DNA of 64,000 bases, taken from assembly GCA_019358915.1 (NCBI GenBank), contig JAHHIM010000036.1, forward strand, positions 128,001 to 192,000, read 5' to 3'. This DNA is from Trichormus sp. ATA11-4-KO1. Its GTDB lineage: Bacteria; Cyanobacteriota; Cyanobacteriia; Cyanobacteriales; Nostocaceae. Positions 10,043-20,746 of this stretch are shown here, one piece after another (position 1 is the stretch's first letter; every line of letters begins with the position of its first letter). The notes below the pieces were generated by a model. The model was not told the origin of the DNA, ran no database searches, and saw nothing but the letters and a program-made list of their open reading frames with translations. Both the position numbers and the translations under genes were made by a program.

Positions 10043-11338
10043 TTAAGTCAGAATTTCGGGATGAGTTTTATAAATTTTTATTGCTGCTAGACCTACACCA
10101 TACATTGTCCAGAGCCAAATACCACCTGTAGGCCCTTCAATAATTACTTCAAATGTTGTGACTGTCATACAAGCTACCCAATAAGCAAGCAGCGTCAAAA
10201 ATATTCCAGCCCATTTTGTTTGTCCTTTTGCTCTGCATTGCAAATACTTGGCTAGTATGGTTCCAGCCCAACTTAATTGAACCAGTAGCCACAGAACGAG
10301 GCCAGGAACACCAGTACGACCCAGAACTGTTATGTGCCCATTGTGCGGACTACGAACTATACCACCACCTATAGGATCAAAGCCGATTCCAGCACCCAAA
10401 TTGAAACCAAATCCTCTACCCGTCCAAAAGTAATCTCCAAAAATAGTAGTGTCGATTATGTATGTCCACCATTCTAAACGATACTCTTTTGAACCCTGTC
10501 TTTCTTGGTTATCAACAAAAATACTATTTATTCTTACAAACAAAGGTTCAAATATTTCTGGATTTATTATAAATAATACTAAAATTACAAATATTAAAAT
10601 TGTTAATATCTTCCAAATTTTACTATTTTTATACTTAGTAAAGCTGATAAAAGAAAAAGCATTTAAAAATGCCAAAATTCCTGATCTATTTGAACTAGTA
10701 CCAACCACAGCTAAATTTATTAGAAATACTAATATAAAAAATGCAGTTTGCAATCTCAATAAATTTGAGCCAATAAAAAATGCAGTAATTGTAGACAAGT
10801 GAGTCATTGTGTCAGCTGGTTTAAGAGTAATTATCTCAACAGCCGAACCAGGTACACGTGGTAATGATATTGTTCTTGATATTAACCAAATGAATGGCAT
10901 GAGAATAATAAAAATTCTGCTAAAACGTTCATATTGGTTAATTATAAAAGTAAAACGATGTGGTTTACCAACTAATAATGCAGCAATTATCAGGGCAAAA
11001 GAACAGTAATACCACAAAGCAGCATCACGTATTGAGTCTAAGCCATATTGAGGAAAATAGGGTATGGTGTTGATGCAACACCATAGCATAAATATTATTA
11101 GAAACCAGGTTTGAGGTAGTTTGAGTATTTTGGGAATGGATTTATTAATACTTAAAGTTATCAATCCAAATAATAGAGTAATTTCACCAATGTAAGCAGG
11201 AGGAATACCCCAGTAAGAAAAACCTCTACCACAAAGGGCATAACCTAGAAGAACCCAGCTATGCCAGGTTAAAAATTTATCGGCAAGTGCAAATTTTTTT
11301 CCAGATTTATTCGCTGAAACACTTGTCTCTCCTAGCAT
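10043..11338 (-). CDS. O-antigen ligase / Wzy polymerase family membrane protein
   Basis: About 10-12 hydrophobic segments; S.R.G motif and periplasmic loop GRGFG...RSPHNGHITVLGRTG with the conserved His. Confidence 0.8.
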   Translation of the reverse strand: MLGETSVSANKSGKKFALADKFLTWHSWVLLGYALCGRGFSYWGIPPAYIGEITLLFGLITLSINKSIPKILKLPQTWFLIIFMLWCCINTIPYFPQYGLDSIRDAALWYYCSFALIIAALLVGKPHRFTFIINQYERFSRIFIILMPFIWLISRTISLPRVPGSAVEIITLKPADTMTHLSTITAFFIGSNLLRLQTAFFILVFLINLAVVGTSSNRSGILAFLNAFSFISFTKYKNSKIWKILTILIFVILVLFIINPEIFEPLFVRINSIFVDNQERQGSKEYRLEWWTYIIDTTIFGDYFWTGRGFGFNLGAGIGFDPIGGGIVRSPHNGHITVLGRTGVPGLVLWLLVQLSWAGTILAKYLQCRAKGQTKWAGIFLTLLAYWVACMTVTTFEVIIEGPTGGIWLWTMYGVGLAAIKIYKTHPEILT

Positions 11339-11532
11339 CTTATTTTCTACCTGCTATAATTGGTTGTGAAATTTATTTAAGTAATTACGCTTTTGCCATT
11401 GAAACAAAGGGTAGAAACAAATAGCAATCTTAAATCATTATTCGTAGTGATTGATTTAGTGTTTAAGCTCAGGTTTAAAGCCTTTATCAGATACTTGGTT
11501 TTAATTTTATTTTGGCTGTTATTGACCTTAAT

Positions 11533-12711
11533 TTAAATTTTTGAGAACTTGCGACTAGAAACCAGTTCGTAAATTTCCATTATTCGGTGGTAGTTTTGCT
11601 GCGCTGTGTATTTGGCTATAAACTCAGCTCGTGCTTCTTGGCGCATCTGAGCAAGCATAATTGGATTTGCTATAGCCCACTGTACCTTAGATGCAAGATC
11701 CTCTGGGTCACCAGGAGAGAAATGTAAGCCTGTTCGACCAGATTCTATTAATTCTGCGATCGCTCCAATATTAGCAGCAATTACAGGGGTACCTTTGGCA
11801 AAAGCTTCAACTGCTACCCGACCAAAGGTTTCGTACCATTTGGAGGGGAAGATTAAAAACATTGCTTCCCCCATCAATTGATGTACTTCTGACATCGGTC
11901 TACGTCCTAGCCATTCCACCTTAGGCAATTTTTTTGCTGATTCCACTACCTCAGAAGCCAAGGGACCATCACCGACAATCTTTAAAGGGATTTTCCCTTC
12001 TAAAAGTTGCCAAGCAGCAAGCAGGGTATCTAATCCCTTTTCAGTAGAAAGTCTGCCTACAAAAAGGGCATAGCCACCAGAACCGCCACCGATACCAGGA
12101 TCTGGATGCACAAAGTTAGGCTTAACTACAATTTTTTCTGCGGGCAAACCACCTGCAATAAATTTTTGGCGTGCAAACTCAGTTAAACAAATGTAAACAT
12201 CTACCATTTCGCTCCATGTACGCATGGCACGATGCAAGGTTAACATTGTTGCTACAGCAACAGTTGCTGGGCGATTTTCGCGGTAGCAGCTATGTAAAAC
12301 TCCAGGATAGGGAACAAACTTCCCCAGACAATCTTCACAGACTTGCCCATCACGGAAAAATAAGCCATTAGGACAAAGGAGTCGGTAATTCCTTAGTGTC
12401 TGGACTACGGGTACACCTTCTGATTTGGCTGCGTAGTAAACAGATGGGGAAATCAGGGGGAAAAAATTTTGGATATGGACTAAATCGCAGTCAGACTGCC
12501 TAAGTTTTTTTTTAACTATGTTGTAAGACTCTGTTGACCAAACGGTTCTAAGTGCCATTGGTACAGCGCCAATAGCTGCTACCCGATCATTGTGTTCTTG
12601 GTAGACATCAACTTCATGACCCATTTCCCGTAATAGGCGTTCCTCTGACTCGCGGGATTCATCCTCCCCGCCACGAATTTGATAGTTGTTATGAACACTT
12701 AGGATTCGCAT
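11533..12711 (-). CDS. Glycosyltransferase family 4 (paralog of 7405-8583)
   Basis: HNNYQIRGGED, LFVGRLSTEKG, PSKWYETFGRVAVEAFA. Confidence 0.93.
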   Translation of the reverse strand: MRILSVHNNYQIRGGEDESRESEERLLREMGHEVDVYQEHNDRVAAIGAVPMALRTVWSTESYNIVKKKLRQSDCDLVHIQNFFPLISPSVYYAAKSEGVPVVQTLRNYRLLCPNGLFFRDGQVCEDCLGKFVPYPGVLHSCYRENRPATVAVATMLTLHRAMRTWSEMVDVYICLTEFARQKFIAGGLPAEKIVVKPNFVHPDPGIGGGSGGYALFVGRLSTEKGLDTLLAAWQLLEGKIPLKIVGDGPLASEVVESAKKLPKVEWLGRRPMSEVHQLMGEAMFLIFPSKWYETFGRVAVEAFAKGTPVIAANIGAIAELIESGRTGLHFSPGDPEDLASKVQWAIANPIMLAQMRQEARAEFIAKYTAQQNYHRIMEIYELVSSRKFSKI

Positions 12712-12726
12712 AGCTCTTGTTAGTGT

Positions 12727-13168
12727 TAGGACTTACGCAACTGGCACAAACAATGGGTGGTACGGGATTGGATAAGAGCAGAATATAACTCAAACTAATG
12801 TCATACGAATATCCGGCGTTTGAGTTGCTGAGCCAATAAGAATTAATTGCATCATGACTGATACTTTTCAAATGCTCTGCTAAATTAGTAATGGTATAAT
12901 TGACTTGACTGCTAAGTAAATACTGGCAATAATCTAATTTAGTGAATTTCATACTCAATAACCAGTCAGCGATTAATATCTATTAATTATTTTCCCAGAT
13001 CAAGCAAAATCCGTCTATTTTTAGAATTTATTATTTTTGGATATCAAAGTCTATTTTTACAGTTGTAACATTTGTTTTTTACCTAATTTTAGCTTTTTAA
13101 ACTAGTTTGATTATCGATGGTACGGCTACGCCGTACCGAGACTCATTGTGCCAGTTGCGTAAGTCCTA
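12727..13168 (-). mobile_element. Internally deleted IS701-like element (442 bp, non-autonomous)
   Basis: Perfect 23-bp TIRs TAGGACTTACGCAACTGGCACAA (12727-12749 and 13146-13168). Flanking direct repeat AGTGT (12722-12726, 13169-13173). Carries a transposase N-terminal remnant. Confidence 0.88.
12836..12952 (-). pseudogene. IS701-family transposase N-terminal remnant
   Basis: MKFTKLDYCQYLLSSQVNYTITNLAEHLKSISHDAIN resembles cyanobacterial IS701-family transposase N-termini; similarity is lost after about 40 aa. Confidence 0.75.
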
Positions 13169-13177
13169 AGTGTGTCT

Positions 13178-14431
13178 TTAAGCTAAAGCTTTACCACTGT
13201 AATCATTATCATGAATAATTGTTTCATAGAGCTGTGTTAAAGATTTAGCCTTCATATCCCAGTTAAAGAATTGAGCAACTCGCTTTTGTCCTACCTGACC
13301 CATCCTCACTCGTAATTCTGAGTCCTTAGCTAAACAAGCCATAACCTCAGCTAGGTCATGTATTGCTTGGGTGGGGGTGTTAGCCGGAACTTTGAAGCCT
13401 GTTTCTTCTGTGACCTGAACGGCTGGACCACCTAAATCTAAGCAAATCACTGGACGGCCTGCTGCCATTGCTTCTAAACAGACAAATCCTCCCGATTCAT
13501 GTAAACTTGGATGTACTAATACATGGCAGTTTCCTATCTTGCTTAAGGTCTGTTCCCTTGACAAATTACCCCAAAATTTAACTTGTTGAGCAATACCTAA
13601 TTGTTGAGCAATCATTTCCAGGCGTTGCTTCTCCAATCCCTCTCCTACAATCCAATACTCACAATCAGGGAGGTTGGCTTGAGCAAATGCCTTTAATCCC
13701 AAGTCAAATCCTTTCCAATGTAACAGTCTACCTACGCTGATAAACCTGAGAGGAAGATTGTCGGATATTGTGTAATTGGCGAGTTTGGCTAATTCTTCCT
13801 GCGATATCCCTAACTGAGAACATACCTGAACATTTTTAGCTCCTATCTTATGTAACCTTTGACTTGTATCATTGGTTGTCCCCCAAGCTAAGATACTGCG
13901 CCGCGCAGTCATACGAACAAAAGGGTCTTTTTCTCCAAGCCAACGCAACAAATTTCGTGCATACTCGTAAATTTTGCCACGAAGACTAAAATCCTCCCAA
14001 AATGCTTTTGGGGCAGACTCCCCACCTCCAACAGGACCCCAGATGAAGGGTATTGGTAGGAGTGAAAGAAAACTTGGTGATGAATACCTGACATAAGTTA
14101 TGTGATGTGCTAAATCAAAGCTGATATTACTGTGCAACTTGCGAGCAACCAAATAGGCTTTAATTTGCCAAATATAGTTGTGAAGATGTACTCCCCCAAT
14201 ACCTCGTTTCCACCATTTAGATCCGGGTAAGTCAACATACACAAATTTTATTTTAGATATGTAGTTATTATTTGTTAACTCAGCCTCAATAGATGTGCGA
14301 TTATCTTCTCGAGTCAGTACCCATACTTGATGATATTTAGCCAGTGCTTGAACTGTATTCCAACCTACTCCAGGTTCGGAACCCATATTCGGTCTACAGG
14401 AATAAGCAGACACTAAAATTTTTAAAGACAT
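13178..14431 (-). CDS. Glycosyltransferase family 4 (paralog of 8786-10024)
   Basis: SAYSCRPNMGSEPGVGWN; GRLLHWKG; HPSLHESGGFVCLEAMAAG. Confidence 0.92.
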   Translation of the reverse strand: MSLKILVSAYSCRPNMGSEPGVGWNTVQALAKYHQVWVLTREDNRTSIEAELTNNNYISKIKFVYVDLPGSKWWKRGIGGVHLHNYIWQIKAYLVARKLHSNISFDLAHHITYVRYSSPSFLSLLPIPFIWGPVGGGESAPKAFWEDFSLRGKIYEYARNLLRWLGEKDPFVRMTARRSILAWGTTNDTSQRLHKIGAKNVQVCSQLGISQEELAKLANYTISDNLPLRFISVGRLLHWKGFDLGLKAFAQANLPDCEYWIVGEGLEKQRLEMIAQQLGIAQQVKFWGNLSREQTLSKIGNCHVLVHPSLHESGGFVCLEAMAAGRPVICLDLGGPAVQVTEETGFKVPANTPTQAIHDLAEVMACLAKDSELRVRMGQVGQKRVAQFFNWDMKAKSLTQLYETIIHDNDYSGKALA

Positions 14432-14512
14432 TATTATCTAATCCATTACTATACTGAATTTCAACCAAAGTCTTGGGAAAATTTGATGCCTTGCGAACAA
14501 AAGGTATTGTTT

Positions 14513-15655
14513 TTAAACTTCATTTTCTAACACTGCTTCATAGATACCTTCCAAAATTTTGATTTGCTTAAAGTTATCAAAATTTTTTCGCATATTTTCC
14601 CGTCCTTTTAAGCTGAAGTATTGCCACTGTTCAGAGTTTTTCAATAACTGCAAAGCATATTCTGCAAGCGCTTGTGAATCTCTTTCGGTTGCCAAGAAAC
14701 CAGTTGTTCCATGAATAACTGCTTCTGGGATACCTGCATGAACTGTACTAATTACAGGGAGTCCCATAGCTTGAGCCTCAACAACAACTGTAGGCAATCC
14801 CTCCGAATCTCCTTCGATAGCAGTGACACTTGGTGCTGCAAGTAATTGAGCGCGATTCATCCAACTTTTAACAACATCTGAAGGCTGAAGTCCCAGAAAT
14901 TGATAGCGATAAAGCATTTTTGTTGCTTGTGCTTCTAAGTCTAACCGCAGAGGACCATCACCAATAATTACTAGTTTTACATTAGGAAGAACTGACTGCA
15001 CTTTAGCCATTGCCTTAATCAGGTATTCACACCCTTTCTTTTCTGTCAATCTCCCAACAAAAAGCACCACTGGCTCTCGTGGTACTGCTGGATCTGGTTG
15101 AAATTTATTAATATCTATCCCATCATAATGCGTAATAACTTTATTACTGGGAAACCCCTGTTCTAATAGTTTTGCTTTGATAAAATCAGAGACGGCAATA
15201 AACAACTGCGCTTCACGCTTAAGTGTTTCACGGCGGCGATAGTAAATCCAGTGGTTAAAGGAGGAATAGCGGGCGTACTCTTCTTTAACAGTGGCATCAG
15301 CACCTCGAAAGTGAACTAATAAAGGAATATTGAGGTTTTGTGCCAAAGGAAGTGCTAGCACCCCACTTAGCCCAAACTGGGCATTGATTAAAACGGGATT
15401 CACATGCTGAACTTGTCGATATAATTTAGGAGCAAATCCTGCAAGTTTGAATAACCCTTCTACTGATTGACCTAAAAACCCTCCTTGATTAACAACTAGA
15501 GTGCGTTCTGGAGGTAAGGTTAATCCTTTTACTAAACGTGAGCCTACGTAGTAAGGAGTAAAGTGTTGCAATTGTTCGCCCAACAAATCGCGAACAAAGG
15601 TTTGAGAAGGAGGAAGCAGTAAACTACTAAATATAACTATATTGGGTTTGACCAT
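14513..15655 (-). CDS. Glycosyltransferase family 4
   Basis: LFVGRLTEKKG; GDSEGLPTVVVEAQAMG. Confidence 0.92.
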   Translation of the reverse strand: MVKPNIVIFSSLLLPPSQTFVRDLLGEQLQHFTPYYVGSRLVKGLTLPPERTLVVNQGGFLGQSVEGLFKLAGFAPKLYRQVQHVNPVLINAQFGLSGVLALPLAQNLNIPLLVHFRGADATVKEEYARYSSFNHWIYYRRRETLKREAQLFIAVSDFIKAKLLEQGFPSNKVITHYDGIDINKFQPDPAVPREPVVLFVGRLTEKKGCEYLIKAMAKVQSVLPNVKLVIIGDGPLRLDLEAQATKMLYRYQFLGLQPSDVVKSWMNRAQLLAAPSVTAIEGDSEGLPTVVVEAQAMGLPVISTVHAGIPEAVIHGTTGFLATERDSQALAEYALQLLKNSEQWQYFSLKGRENMRKNFDNFKQIKILEGIYEAVLENEV

Positions 15656-15714
15656 GCCCTGGCTTTTACTCCTGTGACATATAGCAATTTAATTTCAACA
15701 TAATAATTGAACAT

Positions 15715-17055
15715 TTACAATTGTACTCCGTTAAATTCATCCCATGCTTTTTTAACTTTTTTACCTGATTCTAAAGCACGATTTCTTTCAGCAAGAACTT
15801 TCAGAAAGAGAGCAGAACTTATTTCAGGTAATTTTATCAAAAAATCATCTAATGAAGTTATTATAACTTCTTTATTTATTGTTTCAATATCTTGTACCCA
15901 TTCATCCATACCCAGTCTTCTAAATAATTCTTTTGTCTTAAATTCATAGGCAATAGGAAATACAGGAGTACCAGCTATCAAAGACAAGATGGCCATGTGC
16001 ATTCTTGTTGCTATAACTACATCATAATTTCTAATTATTCCTACTAGTTTTTTTGGAGAGTGAAAATCTTTATTCAAGTGAACTTGTTTTTGAATTTGAT
16101 TAGGAAGCAAATTAATAATTTCTTCAGCTACTTTTGAATCGTCAGTCCAATATTCAGGAATACCCTGGCAAGTAGAAATATATGTAATTTCAGCATTATA
16201 TTTCTCAATTAAATATTGAGTAACTTCACTCATGACTTCTACAAAATTTGTGAATCCATCTTTTTGACTAACTTTTGTGAAGTGATTCCAGTACCTCACC
16301 GAAATTGCTATTTTTACTCGCGAACTACTTACATTTTTTTTATAAATATCTTTGTGAAATCCCACATCATCGGTAAATGAAAATACTACATCTGAGCTAA
16401 TTAGCACTTTGTTCAGGTTAGCATTTATTTGTTTAAGATTATCATAAGATGCTTCATCCCGCAGCATAACAAGAGTAGACTTATTAAATATTTTTCTGAA
16501 TATATTTTGGTTTTTTATTTTATTAAATGGACCTAATGACTGGGTAAAAAACACTAGTGGTCGTCTCAGCATTAGTGTCATTTTATAATCGAATATCCTA
16601 GCTTTAAGTGAATATTTTTCTATTAGATATGTTCCACCTGTACTTACTACTAAATCAGCAGAACTGTAGTTTTTAAAATCTTGTATTTCTTCGCTATTTA
16701 ATAGAAATTTAACAGCAAAGTAGTTCTGATTTCTCCAGAGCCATACTGCTAAATATAGTCGAATAGGATTAATCATTAATATTATTTTTATAAAAATAAC
16801 CAAGAAATTTCTTACAGTAGATCCAAATAGAGACTTTCCTAAAAAATTCATAGAGGGAGGCTGTGTCGCTTTCAAATATACCAGTTTGCGAAATAATAAA
16901 TTAGAATAATATTTACTGGCTATTTCTGGCTGACTATCATAAATAATAATTTCTGTATCTTGACCAAATTCGAGACGAAGTAAGTCAACAATTGAAAAAA
17001 GAATAGCCGCGTCTCCACCATTCAAAGCGACAGTATTAGTGATAATTATTTTCAT
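15715..17055 (-). CDS. Polysaccharide pyruvyl transferase family protein (WcaK-like)
   Basis: N.GD.AI N-terminus, STGG, QSLGPF, LRDEAS, ATRMHMAILS, IAYEFK. Confidence 0.88.
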   Translation of the reverse strand: MKIIITNTVALNGGDAAILFSIVDLLRLEFGQDTEIIIYDSQPEIASKYYSNLLFRKLVYLKATQPPSMNFLGKSLFGSTVRNFLVIFIKIILMINPIRLYLAVWLWRNQNYFAVKFLLNSEEIQDFKNYSSADLVVSTGGTYLIEKYSLKARIFDYKMTLMLRRPLVFFTQSLGPFNKIKNQNIFRKIFNKSTLVMLRDEASYDNLKQINANLNKVLISSDVVFSFTDDVGFHKDIYKKNVSSSRVKIAISVRYWNHFTKVSQKDGFTNFVEVMSEVTQYLIEKYNAEITYISTCQGIPEYWTDDSKVAEEIINLLPNQIQKQVHLNKDFHSPKKLVGIIRNYDVVIATRMHMAILSLIAGTPVFPIAYEFKTKELFRRLGMDEWVQDIETINKEVIITSLDDFLIKLPEISSALFLKVLAERNRALESGKKVKKAWDEFNGVQL

Positions 17056-17417
17056 GATTTTTAACTGATTTCTAAGATAGAGTTGAATTCTTTGACAAAA
17101 TAAAATTTTGTTTTTAAATATGCAAAATTACAAGAATTTTGTAGTGTTTTTTATTGCTAGCAACTTTTGCATCCATATTAGTCTATTTTTTTGACCTATT
17201 GTCAGCTTAATCTACCCATAATGTAAATATAAAAGGGGCTAAATTCTTAAATCCTTCTTCTTTAATTGTATTTCAAGCTACTTTTGGAACTACATTTAAT
17301 TTAGTTTACAAGCATAGGGCAATACTAAAACTTTTAGTCTATTTTAATTTACTAATTTATGATGCCCATATGGGACACAGCACAGAAAACATTTTTGATA
17401 ATTAATGCTAAGAAAAA

Positions 17418-18566
17418 TTAGAACAATAGTTTTTTATACTCCTCTAAAGTAAAAGATGCAATTTTTTCCCACTGGAGATTGTCGAGCACATAATGCCTTC
17501 CTGCCAAACCCATTTCTTTCCACTCTGAACGGCGTTGAAGTAATTTTCCAATACCTGACTTAACATCTGATATGTTTGATGCAACTACAACACCACAACC
17601 GCTAGCTTCAACATGAGGTGCAATGCCTGCAATTTCCGAAACCAATAAGACCCGACCTGCTAGCATAGCTTCTACAGCAGCTAAACTAAAGCCTTCAAAA
17701 CGTGAGGGAATACAAAATACATCATGACTTTGTATAAGGAAAGAAGGAGATTTATCGAAATCAGGATTAAGAAATGAAACTTTTTTGTCAAGGTTTAGTT
17801 TTGCTACTTGTGCTTGTAAAGTCTGCTTATCTCCCCAATCTGGACCCTGTATTGTCAGATGAATATTTTCCTTTTCAGCAATTTGAGAAAAAGCATCTAT
17901 GAGGATATCTAATCCTTTATTATATGAATCTATACGGCCTAAGAAAAACAATTTGGCATTATCATTTTTTTGCCATTGCAGTGATGACTCCGGATAAACA
18001 TCTTTTGCAGAAAAACCATTATATACGGTTAAAACAGGAGTATTAACTTGCCGTTGATGTAGAAATTTAGCATGTCGAGAGTCCAGAACCTGAATAGCCT
18101 TTGCTTGCTTCAACATTTTTCGCTCAAAAAGGTACCAGTATGGTAACTTCAAATGAGCATTTTTACTAAAGATAGCAGGACTATAAGGATCATGTGGTGC
18201 GACAATATATGGCACTCCATACTTTTTTAGTATGCGAGACATGGAGTATACACCTGCATGAAAGATGCCATTCAGAATTACAAGGCTTTTGTCATCTAAA
18301 TAATCGCGAATGTAGTTTTGCAAATCAAATGCAATATTGAATTTTCGTGGGTTCATATTTGAGCTACCAAAAGCTATAATTTCATAGCCAGATTGGGTTT
18401 CATACAAACCTTGCTTCGATGAGTGTGTTTCACATAGGACTTTTACTCTAGCTCCGCAGTTGACTAACCCTGAAGCCAATCCATGTACAGCCTTAATTGT
18501 TCCCTGTGGTAGCATTACTTTATCACCCAATGGTGGAAAGTTTTTTAGATAAAAATAAATATTCAT
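17418..18566 (-). CDS. Glycosyltransferase family 4
   Basis: FLGRID..KGLD; PSRFEGFSLAAVEAM. Confidence 0.9.
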   Translation of the reverse strand: MNIYFYLKNFPPLGDKVMLPQGTIKAVHGLASGLVNCGARVKVLCETHSSKQGLYETQSGYEIIAFGSSNMNPRKFNIAFDLQNYIRDYLDDKSLVILNGIFHAGVYSMSRILKKYGVPYIVAPHDPYSPAIFSKNAHLKLPYWYLFERKMLKQAKAIQVLDSRHAKFLHQRQVNTPVLTVYNGFSAKDVYPESSLQWQKNDNAKLFFLGRIDSYNKGLDILIDAFSQIAEKENIHLTIQGPDWGDKQTLQAQVAKLNLDKKVSFLNPDFDKSPSFLIQSHDVFCIPSRFEGFSLAAVEAMLAGRVLLVSEIAGIAPHVEASGCGVVVASNISDVKSGIGKLLQRRSEWKEMGLAGRHYVLDNLQWEKIASFTLEEYKKLLF

Positions 18567-18777
18567 AGCTTACCATTGAAGAGATTTTGATATTTAAACT
18601 TAACCTATTCTTAATTTGAATTAAGTCTTGAAACAATCGCAATTTCGCAATTAGTTCCAAAATAATATTTTTGGACGAGTTCGGAAACCCTTGTAGTACA
18701 ACAAGCATTTACATGTTATGTAATAAAATGTAACTTGCATTTAAACGTGTAATATGATTACTTACTACATATCTTAC

Positions 18778-19641
18778 TCAAGCCAAACCTAACCACCCTT
18801 GCATCCTACCTTGAAATGTAAACCAATAAGATCGAACTTTATCTAAACGACCTTGTAAAAGTGATATTGCTATTCCCATCAATGGGCGAACCCAATTATA
18901 AATCACGAACCACAAGGGAGCTTTATGTTTACGAAGAACGCGACCTCTACCCATTGCGTAAGCATAAGTTTTGGAATAGGTTGCATTTTTGCTGGCTTTA
19001 ATAAGTTGGATAGGTTCTGATGGTGTTAACTTGATTGGATGAATTACAGTTATCGAGGGTTCGTAATATAAGCCAGTGTTAATTGCACGCAACAAGTAAT
19101 CAGTTTCCTCAGCGGAACCCCAAGGTGTATTTGCTCCAACTCCTAAACTTTCATCAAATTTACCTACCTGCATTACAGTAGCTCGGCGAAGAAATATAGT
19201 ATACGAAATACCCCTTCGCCACACATTAAATTGGTTAATTAATCCAGGTGGACTGCCAAGATGTCTACCAGAGTCTCTACCTTGCTCATCAATAGAACTT
19301 CCTGTTAAACCATTTAACTCGGGATGATTAATAAAAAAACTCGCTACACGCTCAAGAATATCTGGTGGATAAGCGCAATCATCATCAGGGAAAGCCACAA
19401 TATCACCATTAATCTGCTCCAAAGCAACATTACGAGCGCGGGAAAGCCCTGGGGCTGAACGCAGGTGTATGATGGGATATCTATGCTGATAAATCTGGAT
19501 AAATTTTACAAGGCGGTCATCTGGATTTTGATCTACAACAATCAAATCAAAGCTACGATAAGTTTGACAATCTAAAATTTTTAAAAAATTTTCAACCTCA
19601 GCAGTACGATTTAAAGTTGCTAGAATTAGGGAAAACTTCAT
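18778..19641 (-). CDS. Glycosyltransferase family 2
   Basis: IVVDQN, GLSRARN, FPDDD (DxD). Confidence 0.92.
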   Translation of the reverse strand: MKFSLILATLNRTAEVENFLKILDCQTYRSFDLIVVDQNPDDRLVKFIQIYQHRYPIIHLRSAPGLSRARNVALEQINGDIVAFPDDDCAYPPDILERVASFFINHPELNGLTGSSIDEQGRDSGRHLGSPPGLINQFNVWRRGISYTIFLRRATVMQVGKFDESLGVGANTPWGSAEETDYLLRAINTGLYYEPSITVIHPIKLTPSEPIQLIKASKNATYSKTYAYAMGRGRVLRKHKAPLWFVIYNWVRPLMGIAISLLQGRLDKVRSYWFTFQGRMQGWLGLA

Positions 19642-19701
19642 GATTTTACTTCCTATTAATTAGTTACAAGTGCTACCACTTTCAGGTTTATGGTAAAGCT
19701 G

Positions 19702-20694
19702 TTACTTTGCTATTAAGTAAAATTTATCCTTGAATTTAATTAAATTTTTATGTCCTTCACGTCCGAATATTATTAATATCAATCCAGTTAATATGTATGT
19801 TCCAGAAATAGGTAAGAATTGCAATAAACTAAGTGTGTAACGTAAAGCTAAAAATCTATTATTTGCATCAACCGCTTTTCCTAATCGATTTACTTGTATA
19901 ATTGAAGTTTTTAACCCTACACACTCACGATAACCTTTATATCCAAGATGCTGTTTTATAATTGAACCCCACTTATTTTCAAATATATGAAAACCTTGCA
20001 AGTTAGCTGATAGATTGCCTCCAATTTGCTTATTATGAAAATATCTGATGATTAATGGTTCGTTCACAGTAAGAAAGTGATTATTAGCTTGAGCTAAACT
20101 TAGCCATAGGTCATAATCTTGAAAGCTAGGTAACCTTTCGTCAAAGCCACCGACATCTATTAAAGCGGAGCGCTTAATCATAAAAAGGGATGTAGTTGGA
20201 GGTAACCATCCTCTTAATAAATGATTAAAAACATCCCCCTCATGGGCAATCAAATTTGGCAGTTTCTTGCGTTGGATTGATTCATAATATTCATATCCCG
20301 AACAATAAACTACAGTGGCATGAGGATTATCACTAGACTGGAGACGAGCTAACTGTAATTCTAGTTTTCTGGGTAGCCATTCATCATCACTATCTAAAAA
20401 AGCTATATAGTCTGCACGCGCTGCTTTAATACCTTGATTTCGTGCATGGCTACCACCGCAATTTTTTCCTAAAGGTAAAAATCTAATTCGTGGATCTATA
20501 AAGTTCTTAACTACTTCATCTGTATTATCTGTAGAACCATCGTCTACAATAATTAATTCAAAATTTGAAAATGTCTGTGCAAGAACGCTAGAGATCGCTC
20601 TTGGTAGTAGATTAGCTCGGTTAAAAGTGGGTATGACAACACTAACAGTTAGCTGATTTTCAAGTGTTAACGACACGTTGCCTGAAACTGCCAT
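19702..20694 (-). CDS. Glycosyltransferase family 2
   Basis: VSVVIPTFNR, VDDGSTD, FLDSDD. Confidence 0.95.
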   Translation of the reverse strand: MAVSGNVSLTLENQLTVSVVIPTFNRANLLPRAISSVLAQTFSNFELIIVDDGSTDNTDEVVKNFIDPRIRFLPLGKNCGGSHARNQGIKAARADYIAFLDSDDEWLPRKLELQLARLQSSDNPHATVVYCSGYEYYESIQRKKLPNLIAHEGDVFNHLLRGWLPPTTSLFMIKRSALIDVGGFDERLPSFQDYDLWLSLAQANNHFLTVNEPLIIRYFHNKQIGGNLSANLQGFHIFENKWGSIIKQHLGYKGYRECVGLKTSIIQVNRLGKAVDANNRFLALRYTLSLLQFLPISGTYILTGLILIIFGREGHKNLIKFKDKFYLIAK

Positions 20695-20746
20695 TGCTTT
20701 AATCCTTTAAGCTAAAATCTTTTACAACTTCTACAATAACCTCTTT

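Noticed and set aside
12689..12835. C-terminal half of the 89-aa ORF as a real protein
   Set aside because: It is read-through from the transposase stub across the deletion and TIR into the next gene.
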